This document shows, in pieces, positions 49,036-56,285 of a DNA stretch of 56,285 nucleotides. The stretch is from Parcubacteria group bacterium (lineage in GTDB: Bacteria > Patescibacteriota > Minisyncoccia > Phycocordibacterales > WO2-35-19). The stretch covers positions 1-56,285 of the forward strand of contig JAAZAU010000001.1 in the NCBI GenBank assembly GCA_012514175.1. Direction: 5' to 3'. The notes beneath the pieces were generated by a model, which worked only from the letters and a program-made list of their open reading frames with translations, was not told the origin of the DNA and searched no databases. How positions within the stretch are numbered: position 1 is the stretch's first letter; each line of letters begins with the position of its first letter. Made by a program: the position numbers and the translations under genes.

Positions 49036-49240
49036 AATCCGAACTCTTGTTTGTCCTATCAAATGTTTTTGACGGAATCTCCTCCGCACATCCTTCCGCC
49101 TCGCCCTCGCTCGTTCAAAAAATTTCAGGGCAAAACTGAAACGCTCGGGCGAGCAAAAAGGAAGGGATTAGGGGAAAGGAATTTTTACCCACCCTCGCTT
49201 TCCACCATCGCCGAATTTCGTGCCAACGAAGTTGACACGT
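49036..49240. repeat. GC-rich repeat element, left island flank
   Basis: Shares CTCGCTCGTTCAAAAAATTTCA (49106-49127), AATCCGAACT and GGCGAGCAAA with 56110-56285. Confidence 0.6.
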
Positions 49241-49257
49241 TGCTATTTGTTTTCTTC

Positions 49258-51057
49258 TCACTTTTTCACAAGCGATAAGCATGTCATAATATGAAAAAGT
49301 CGGTCTGACACATCTCTTGTAAAAAATTTCTTTTTGCCAAAACCATGAGCGAAATCATTTCTCAAATTCATTCCTAATTTTTCCGTCAGCACCAATCTGA
49401 AGTAAAAAGCCATATTTTGCCCCGTTCCAGCAAAAACTCTTTCAATAATTTCACCTTGTTTGTTCAATAATTGGCGAAGGGTAAGGCGATCGTATCCGCC
49501 AAGATTATTTGGCCTCAAAACAATACCACCGCAATTTTTTACCAATTCCCTGATTGCGCTTTCGATCAACGGACTGAACAAGTGTGAAGAAACAAGATAA
49601 TCATTATCCCAATATACTGAGATTGCTCGCTCTAAATACTCTTTATTTTCATTCTCAAAAAGTGTTGAGTTTCTAAAATAATCCGTAATGTTTTGTTTAG
49701 AAACTCGCTTTTTCAGTTCATCGATCACAAGAGTTAGAAAAAACGAACCAAATTGAATATACTGCGAAGCGTATCGCTGGAAATGATTGTCGTAATCTTC
49801 CCCAAGCGTGGAAAGTTTAGCTATTGGTATTCCGTCATCGGAAATAATTTGTGTCGTGCATAAAAACTGGATCGGGTGTTTTCCGGAAACATCTTTTAAT
49901 TGCTTTTCTACCGCTTCTTTTTTCGGTAAAAAATTGATTGCTATTTTAGCGATAATCGCTTCTAATTTACTTTGCTCTTTCTCGCCAAAAATTGCTTTCA
50001 AAAAATCGTCAATATCTTTCTGTTTTATTTCCGTTGTTACGGAAATTTCTTTGAGGGATTTATTCCAATCCAAGTCCAGCTGCCCCATTTCCTGCGAAAT
50101 TCTGTTGCTGGCGGCTGTTGCCTTTGAAAATCCTTTGTCTCTGTATTTTTGATATATCTCGTGTACTTTTTCGTATGCGTGTACTTTCAATAATGCGTCA
50201 GAATTTGTGCGGTCGTTTGTTTTTAATAATTTTTCCAAAACATCTAAAACACGCATTAAATTATCTTCGTCTTTTTCGTTTGCGTAATATTCAGCAAGCA
50301 AGGAAACGGCGTTTTCCGCCAGCCACACATCTTTTTCAACCCTTTTCAACCTATCTTCTAACGCTTTAATCAATTCCGATTTTTCTGTTTCCGTAATCGT
50401 AATTTTTTTTTCAAAATCCAAAATGAGCCACTTAAAAGCAAAGCCCCACAGCCCCGGCTTATCGTCTGTCGCCACTTTTTTCTCAAGATTGATTATTGCT
50501 TCTTTTGCTTTGGCGATTTTTTCTTGATTGTTAATTTGAATTGCCAAAACTAACGCTCTTTTGATTTTTGTTTTGCAATCAAGAGGGTCGGCTAATGATT
50601 TTTCGCAAATTGCGATATTTGAATCTATAACTATCTGAAACAAATCAATATCGGCACTTTTGTTTATAACTTTCGGTGAAAAATCAACAACCAAATCGGC
50701 GTAGCGTGATGATAAAATAGGGTTTTTGCTTTCCTTTGCTCTTTTTGTCCAATATTCCAACATTTCTTGATCCACTTGCCTAATACTTGGATATTCCACC
50801 ATTTGTTCTTTGTTGTCTGGTAAAACAAACATTGGTCCATGATAAGTTTCCCAGTCATTATTATCATTCGGATAATCTGCCATGAAATCAAAAGCTATTT
50901 GCTCCGCAATGTCTTCTTTTGTTGGCTCATATTGTTTATCTTTTTTGAGAAGATCTTTTATTTTTTGTGCAATATTATGCTCTCTACAAAAAGACGTAGG
51001 AGTTATTTGTTCTCGTTCTAAACTTTCAAGATATTTTTTTACCTCATTATTGAGCAT
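49258..51057 (-). CDS. DUF4209-like protein with C-terminal HEPN-type RxxxxH motif
   Basis: 599 aa, helical; C-terminal PLIESAIR...GMNLRNDFAHG. Confidence 0.65.
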   Translation of the reverse strand: MLNNEVKKYLESLEREQITPTSFCREHNIAQKIKDLLKKDKQYEPTKEDIAEQIAFDFMADYPNDNNDWETYHGPMFVLPDNKEQMVEYPSIRQVDQEMLEYWTKRAKESKNPILSSRYADLVVDFSPKVINKSADIDLFQIVIDSNIAICEKSLADPLDCKTKIKRALVLAIQINNQEKIAKAKEAIINLEKKVATDDKPGLWGFAFKWLILDFEKKITITETEKSELIKALEDRLKRVEKDVWLAENAVSLLAEYYANEKDEDNLMRVLDVLEKLLKTNDRTNSDALLKVHAYEKVHEIYQKYRDKGFSKATAASNRISQEMGQLDLDWNKSLKEISVTTEIKQKDIDDFLKAIFGEKEQSKLEAIIAKIAINFLPKKEAVEKQLKDVSGKHPIQFLCTTQIISDDGIPIAKLSTLGEDYDNHFQRYASQYIQFGSFFLTLVIDELKKRVSKQNITDYFRNSTLFENENKEYLERAISVYWDNDYLVSSHLFSPLIESAIRELVKNCGGIVLRPNNLGGYDRLTLRQLLNKQGEIIERVFAGTGQNMAFYFRLVLTEKLGMNLRNDFAHGFGKKKFFTRDVSDRLFHIMTCLSLVKK

Positions 51058-51161
51058 ATTTTTGATAGAATTTGCTGTGGATAATTGACTACGGACTTTC
51101 TATTTTCTTTCTATTATACTATAAGAAGTATAGATTTAACAAAAGATAAAGTGAAATATTT

Positions 51162-52694
51162 ATGCTTACAAAAAAACAGAAACAAGTTTTAGATTTTATA
51201 TCCTCCTATCACAAGAAAAAGGGATATGCCCCTTCTTTGGAAGAGATACGCAAAAAACTTAAAGTTGCCTCTGTTTCAACCGCCCATTTCCATGTAAAAA
51301 ATTTGCAGAATTTGGGATTTATCGGGAAGCAAGATAATAGACCAAGGTCAATTGATATTTATGAAAAGGAAAAAATGGTAAATGTTCCATTACTTGGATT
51401 AATTGCGGCTGGTCAACCTATTGAAGCGATACAAAGTCAAAACAGAGAAACAATCGCCGTTCCAAGAAGTAAAATATCTCGCAATGGTGAATTTTACGCT
51501 TTAAGAGTAGTTGGTGACAGTATGATTGATGAAAATATAAATGACGGCGATTTAGTTTTAGTTAAACAACAAGATACCGCTAAGAATGGACAAAAAATAG
51601 TTGCCCTTGTGGACAACTATGAAGCTACTTTGAAAAAATTTTATAAAGAAAAAAATTATATAAGATTACAACCTGCGAACAAAACAATTGAGCCGATTAT
51701 TATAAAAAGAAATAGAGAGTTAACAATACAAGGTATTGTTATTGATGTAATAAAAAATGAAGAAGAGATACAAGCTGAAACACTTTTAGAAAATAAAGAA
51801 ATAAAAAGAAGTCAAACACTTCCTTTGAATAAAATTATTTTAGGCGATGCCGTAGAAGAATTAAAAAAATTACCAAATGAAAGTTGTGATGTTGTTATTA
51901 TTGATCCACCATATAATATCGGAAAGGATTTTGGAAATAACTTAGATAAGCGCGAATTAAAAGAATATGTCGCTTGGTGTAAAGAATGGATAAATGAATC
52001 AATTCGGGTTATGAAGCCCACGGGAACAATGTTTATTTATGGGTTTAGTGAAATACTCGCCTATCTTTCAGTTGAAATTTCGATCAATAAACGCTGGCTT
52101 ATTTGGCATTACACAAACAAAAATGTTGCCTCGTTAAATTTTTGGCAAAGAAGCCACGAGGCTATAATTTGCGCTTGGAAAGATATCCCAATTTTTAATA
52201 AAGATGATGTTAGAGAGCCATACACTGAAGGTTTTTTAAATGGAGCCGCGGGAAAAGTTAGAAAAGGAACCGCTGGGAGATTTAGCCGTAATGGAAAAGA
52301 AACAATTTATAATGCTCATGCTGGCGGGGCTTTACCTCGCGATGTAATAAAAATACCAGCTTTAGCTGGTGGAGCGGGAATGAATGAAAGATGGTTTATT
52401 TGTAAAACTTGTAAAAATCAAGTTTTTGAGCCAAGAGAATTAAAAAACCATGCAAAGCATGATATAGTCAAGCACCCTACGCAAAAACCTCTTGAATTAT
52501 CAAAAAAATTAGTGATGTCCGCAATGCCCAAAAAAGACGGGGTTGTGTTGGTGCCATTTGTTGGAACCGGTTCTGAGTGTGTAGCAGCTAAAAAGTTGGG
52601 TCAATCTTATATAGGGTTTGAAATAAATCCCGACTATATAAAATTGGCTGAAAAATATCTGGAAAAAAGCAAATACACTCCAAAATTATTTTAA
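51162..52694 (+). CDS. lexA: LexA repressor fused to beta-class N6-A/N4-C DNA methyltransferase
   Basis: LTKKQ..YAPSLEEI wHTH, IAAG cleavage site, VGDSM (Ser), ATLKK (Lys); then IDPPYN, HPTQKP, PFVGTGS, IGFEIN in one frame. Confidence 0.9.
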   Translation: MLTKKQKQVLDFISSYHKKKGYAPSLEEIRKKLKVASVSTAHFHVKNLQNLGFIGKQDNRPRSIDIYEKEKMVNVPLLGLIAAGQPIEAIQSQNRETIAVPRSKISRNGEFYALRVVGDSMIDENINDGDLVLVKQQDTAKNGQKIVALVDNYEATLKKFYKEKNYIRLQPANKTIEPIIIKRNRELTIQGIVIDVIKNEEEIQAETLLENKEIKRSQTLPLNKIILGDAVEELKKLPNESCDVVIIDPPYNIGKDFGNNLDKRELKEYVAWCKEWINESIRVMKPTGTMFIYGFSEILAYLSVEISINKRWLIWHYTNKNVASLNFWQRSHEAIICAWKDIPIFNKDDVREPYTEGFLNGAAGKVRKGTAGRFSRNGKETIYNAHAGGALPRDVIKIPALAGGAGMNERWFICKTCKNQVFEPRELKNHAKHDIVKHPTQKPLELSKKLVMSAMPKKDGVVLVPFVGTGSECVAAKKLGQSYIGFEINPDYIKLAEKYLEKSKYTPKLF

Positions 52695-53375
52695 AGAATT
52701 ATCTATTTCTTTTTTCTTCGGCAAAAAAGTATCTGGTGTAAAAACAACAAAACCATTATCAAAAGCCTTTGTTCGTTTGTCTTCCAAAAATCTTAAGTAA
52801 GGCAATCTAAATTCGCCACTCTTTGTTTTTGGATCAGACAAACAAGTCGGCACTTCATATTTTATATCTATATTTTCGCCGTTATTTTTCTTTTTTCTCG
52901 GCAAAGGAACTCTGCTCATCACTCCACTAAAACTTGTTTTCTTGACTTGATAATTTAAAATACGATTTTTATAATTAACTCTTATATCTGCGCCTAAAGA
53001 ATCAAGCTCACGAGACATATCCACTGTTCCATTTCCAAAAACGGATTCGGCAACATAACCGCCGTGAATTTGAGTTATTAACCCCGCCCAAGTTCTGTAA
53101 ATTCGGGCTTCTATTCCGCGATAAAAACAATCTTTACACATTGTTGTTTTCTGTCTAAACTTTTCAAGTAAATCTCCTTTCTCTTTCGTATATCTTTTAT
53201 AAAATTTTTCAAAAGTAATAAATTTTTTCTCTTCCCAATATACTTTATATAAAAGTTCAATGGCTTGAATTCCTTTTGGCAAATCCATTTCAACAATTTT
53301 AATAGTGCTATATTTTTTTCTATAGTCTTTTAAGGGAACAGTTTGTAGAAATTTATCAAATTTTTCTAAATACAT
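52686..53375 (-). CDS. TaqI-family type II restriction endonuclease
   Basis: FL..YRKKY..IK.VEMDLP, GIEARIYRT, TQIH, ELDSLGAD, YQVKK, NGFVVF match my recollection of R.TaqI in order. Confidence 0.8.
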   Translation of the reverse strand: MYLEKFDKFLQTVPLKDYRKKYSTIKIVEMDLPKGIQAIELLYKVYWEEKKFITFEKFYKRYTKEKGDLLEKFRQKTTMCKDCFYRGIEARIYRTWAGLITQIHGGYVAESVFGNGTVDMSRELDSLGADIRVNYKNRILNYQVKKTSFSGVMSRVPLPRKKKNNGENIDIKYEVPTCLSDPKTKSGEFRLPYLRFLEDKRTKAFDNGFVVFTPDTFLPKKKEIDNSLK

Positions 53376-53376
53376 A

Positions 53377-53595
53377 TTAAATAAAATAATTTATTTCTTT
53401 TTTATATATTTTTGCGAGTTCTTGTAATTCTGCTACATCAATTCTGCGTTCGCCTCTTTCAATTTTTGATAAATAAGATTGAGGTTTTTTTAATTTTTTA
53501 GCAACTTCTTCCTGTTTTAAACCAATTTCAAACCTAGCTTTTTTAAGCCTTTCAATAGTTTTTTTATATTCTTTTGAATAAATTGACTTGTTCAT
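53377..53595 (-). CDS. XRE-family HTH controller (C-protein-like)
   Basis: 72 aa, LKQEEVAKKLKKPQSYLSKIERGERRID; immediately upstream of and co-oriented with the endonuclease. Confidence 0.85.
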   Translation of the reverse strand: MNKSIYSKEYKKTIERLKKARFEIGLKQEEVAKKLKKPQSYLSKIERGERRIDVAELQELAKIYKKEINYFI

Positions 53596-53602
53596 ATTAC
53601 TT

Positions 53603-53648
53603 TTAGTATATATCCTATTGTAGGATATCCCAAAATAGGTTATACTAA
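53603..53648. promoter_or_regulatory. Tandem palindromic operator between divergent -10 boxes
   Basis: ATATCCTA-TTG-TAGGATAT (53610-53628) and ATATCCCA-AAA-TAGGTTAT (53625-53643), flanked by TTAGTATA/TATACTAA. Confidence 0.65.
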
Positions 53649-53882
53649 TTTAGGGAGCTTCTCTCTGTTGCTCGCGCATGGGTGGGCGAGGCAAATACAG
53701 CTCAATTAATTTGCTATACTACATAAGTATTCAGCTAAGGTGTTCTTATAAATAAACACCTTATGGACTCTCAGGATTAGACTTTGGTCTAATCTTACTT
53801 TCTTTACTGGGTTCACAAGCATGGTGCTTGCGGATTCCGAGAGGTTCGGCTCTTTGCAAACCACAAACAAAAAGGAGAGAAT

Positions 53883-54722
53883 ATGACTCATTCAAAACCA
53901 ATTAGAATTCTTTTGGTGATGGGAGACTCGCTTCTGAGAGCAGTCAAGCAGGTTTTGTTGACTGTTGGAAACAAGTCCTTGTACACTTTTGTGGAGGATG
54001 TTAGTCAGGCAGATCTTGTCATCTTCACAGAAGTTCGAGATGTTGAGCGCGGGTACGACAGGAATAAAATCTACGCGTATCTGCAGGCAGGATCAAGGGT
54101 AACAACAAAGCTACCCGAAAACTGTCTGATTATAAACACTCTTGCTGGAAATGCTGTGGAGGTTATTATCGAGGCAATTGAAAAGGCCAGAAAGCTTCTT
54201 AAACCGACCACTGAAAAGTCGGTTATTCGAAAAGAAAAATCGGTCCCGCTTCTGCCAGACGCTCTGCGGATTCTCATCATTGATGATGAGCCAATGAATA
54301 TCGCCAGTGCTAAGAAAACTCTGGCTGGGCACCGACTCTCGACAGTAACAGGCTACGAAGACGCGATGAATATTCTTGAAAAAGAAAAATTCAACGTTGT
54401 TCTCACCGACTTGCATCTGCCGATGAGTTCAAAAATGCTCAGCGACAAAGCTTTCAAGCTCGGTGAGCTCATTCCTTACGGAATTCTGCTCATGGTCGAG
54501 GCAGCGCGACGGGGTGCAAAACATGTGGCCGTCGTTACTGACCTCAATCACCATGATGACCCTTTCTCGGCAGCGTTTGATCACTACTCTAATTTTCCCG
54601 TGAAAATTGAAGGAGCGAAAGTGGTTATGATGCACGCGCCGATGATTGAAATCAAGAAAAACAAATGGGTTAAAGATTGGGCAATGGTTCTTGATTTCTT
54701 GGTTGGGGGAAACGAGTCATAA
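53883..54722 (+). CDS. Atypical response-regulator-like protein (C-terminal receiver domain)
   Basis: AAGGAG SD; RILIIDDE and VLTDLHLP receiver motifs; N-terminal domain unrecognised. Confidence 0.65.
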   Translation: MTHSKPIRILLVMGDSLLRAVKQVLLTVGNKSLYTFVEDVSQADLVIFTEVRDVERGYDRNKIYAYLQAGSRVTTKLPENCLIINTLAGNAVEVIIEAIEKARKLLKPTTEKSVIRKEKSVPLLPDALRILIIDDEPMNIASAKKTLAGHRLSTVTGYEDAMNILEKEKFNVVLTDLHLPMSSKMLSDKAFKLGELIPYGILLMVEAARRGAKHVAVVTDLNHHDDPFSAAFDHYSNFPVKIEGAKVVMMHAPMIEIKKNKWVKDWAMVLDFLVGGNES

Positions 54723-54855
54723 ATATCCCAGTTAAACAGTTCTTTTGTTCACCCGAAGGGAGGTGATAAATTGGGAGGATAGCATTATCCTCCTCCCATT
54801 AAAATTTTTAACACGTTTGAAGATTTTAGTGGGAGAATTTTCTCTTAAAAATCGC

Positions 54856-54884
54856 TTGACATAAAAAGTGGAATATGCTATACT
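54856..54884 (+). promoter_or_regulatory. Strong sigma70 promoter with extended -10
   Basis: TTGACA-17 bp-TATACT with TG at 54876-54877. Confidence 0.8.
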
Positions 54885-54889
54885 TGAAG

Positions 54890-55235
54890 AGTATTGAGTT
54901 CTTTGGCATGACAGCTTCGTTTCTCCCCATAAATCCGCTAAAACGTTGGTTTATGGGGGGAGAGGAAAAAGAGCTAGCAGGCTACACACTCTAACCAAGC
55001 TTTCATAATCCCGATATCGGTGTTGAATCAAACCATACCGATATAAAAGGATAAGTTTGAAGGCCAATCAGAGGCGTGTGGGCGTTCGACTGGCGATGAC
55101 ATTTCTTCTTCCCTTTTGTTCTGTGAGCGCAGGTTGGGACAGCCTTGGCGCCGGCAAGTTCTTGTGGGGACCCAACTATAGCAGCAAACCGCTGGAGATT
55201 TCTTTTTTTTGTGAGATTTCCAGCGGTTATTTTTA
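54890..55235 (+). ncRNA. Candidate ~345-nt structured non-coding RNA
   Basis: Lies between consensus promoter and terminator; several nested stems; no SD-led ORF. Confidence 0.55.
55187..55235 (+). terminator. Intrinsic terminator
   Basis: AACCGCTGGAGATTTC / GAGATTTCCAGCGGTT stem followed by T-rich tail. Confidence 0.8.
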
Positions 55236-55449
55236 TTTCAATTTTTAAAAATTAAATTCCTCCGGTTTCTGTCTTATTGCTTACTCTTTAATCTGTGCTT
55301 CCAATCTCCATTTACGATTAACAAAAGCATCAACATCTTTTTGAGTTATTTTTACATCCACTCCAGAATCTCGTGTGGCGCTATACAGTTTCCTTTTTAA
55401 GGTATATAAGATTGACTAATTTCTGTTTAGGTTTAGAGTGTAGCTACCT

Positions 55450-55970
55450 ATGAGTTCCATTGATTATAGTCAGTTTCTAGAATTGATTTCCCCTAACAAC
55501 TTTTTTTGTTCTGGTATTTGTTGGTGTTGTATTACTTGTTAATAATGTTCAAGAAAGATCAAAGGTTTTTAATTGTCGAACCAATTTTATACCTAAACCT
55601 CGATAAGAAGACCGATGCCTTTATGTCTTTCTGTGCTCGCTATACAGGTGTTGGAATCTTGCCGATCATTCTCTTTTATTTTGGAACACTTGAGTACTTA
55701 TCTGGAAATATATATCTGATAACTTTTTCCTTCTCACTCATATTCCTTATTTTTACCTGGTCGGCATATGGATACTCGCTTAAAAAACTCAAGGATATTG
55801 TGCCGGTTGATGTATATTTTACAGATGAAAAGAACGAGCCATTGCAAGGAGTTAGAATTCTTAAAATAAACGATGACAATATACGTATTCGTTCAAATAA
55901 CAAGACTTTGATAATAAACAAAGGTGAAGTTCTCAAAATAGAAATGAAGACACCTGAGCATCTTCAGTAG
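55450..55970 (+). CDS. Hypothetical membrane protein, probably frameshifted at T7 run 55501-55507
   Basis: ATG 55450 (MSSIDYSQFLELISPNNFF) joins the 55506-55970 frame if one T is added; about three TM helices and a small C-terminal beta domain. Confidence 0.55.
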
Positions 55971-56109
55971 AATTCATTTTTCTGTGCGGTAACTTTTAAA
56001 TGGTCCATTATCTTATACTCTTTTGTGTGTTCATGAGGATTAACAAATCTATACCAAAGTTCGGAATGATACCAATCTTTACCACTTTATTTTCTTTTTT
56101 CGTATTTCG

Positions 56110-56285
56110 GCTTCGCCGAGCTCTCGCTCGTTCAAAAAATTTCAATTTCGCTGAATGTAAATTGGCGGTACCTTTTGGTTAAAATCCGAACTTTTTTTGA
56201 TGAAAATCCCGATTTTGACTTTTAGACCCGCCCCAGCGTTTCCGCCCGCCGAAATTCGGCGAGCAAAGCAAAACAATTTTCTTTC
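56110..56285. repeat. GC-rich repeat element, right island flank (truncated by window end)
   Basis: CTCGCTCGTTCAAAAAATTTCA at 56123-56144 identical to 49106-49127; further shared blocks. Confidence 0.6.

Noticed and set aside
48892-49278. 128-aa ORF across the left repeat element
   Set aside because: Spans the GC-rich repeat, overlaps neighbours, no recognisable protein features
54890-55235. RNase P RNA identity for the structured RNA; also the 63-aa ORF 55057-55248
   Set aside because: Lacks the GAGGAAAGUCC and terminal P4 consensus; the ORF starts at TTG with no convincing SD and runs through the terminator
55244-55410. Minus-strand coding-like fragment (…DSGVDVKITQKDVDAFVNRKWRLEAQIKE*)
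   Set aside because: No start codon, internal stop, no recognisable family; at most a gene remnant
41054-55507. Treating all frameshifts as programmed or phase-variable
   Set aside because: At least four genes break at homopolymers (41054, 47119, 48626 and 48826-48844, 55501) in one part of the window, which equally fits uncorrected sequencing indels; cannot be decided without reads
1-56285. Alternative genetic code (TGA=Gly, as in Gracilibacteria/Absconditabacteria)
   Set aside because: Long conserved genes are open in code 11, TGA ends genes such as the Xer recombinase, tpiA and rnhA, and the tRNA-Gly anticodons are TCC and GCC

Overview
AT-rich bacterial chromosome segment in standard genetic code 11 (TGA is used as a stop). 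Gene content and style (stand-alone type IV pilin cluster, split ComEC, short PGK, housekeeping genes mostly lacking Shine-Dalgarno sites, CTADAKLCPDGS-type membrane protein) point to a CPR/Patescibacteria (Parcubacteria-like) genome; this is inference. 1-47 kb is mostly core: six tRNAs, tmRNA with smpB, CCA-adding enzyme containing a cluster of parS-like sites, xth, Xer recombinase, rpsO, T4P/competence genes, tpiA, pgk, recJ, rnhA, rpmB, a two-component pair, rpsL-rpsG-fusA, pnp, ftsH, recG, murC and a large DUF285/BspA-like surface protein. 47-56 kb is accessory, with a repeat-flanked island encoding a HEPN-motif protein and an unusual restriction-modification locus. That locus has a full LexA repressor fused to a beta-class DNA methyltransferase, convergent with a TaqI-like endonuclease and a C-type controller. 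By eye, TCGA (the TaqI site) is almost absent from core coding DNA. Other notable items: tRNA-Ile(UAU), tRNA-Arg(UCG), a 23-aa tmRNA tag, and several stand-alone promoter-to-terminator units encoding only structured RNA or 3-codon mini-ORFs. Several homopolymer frameshifts in the right third may be sequencing errors or phase variation. All counts were done by eye.
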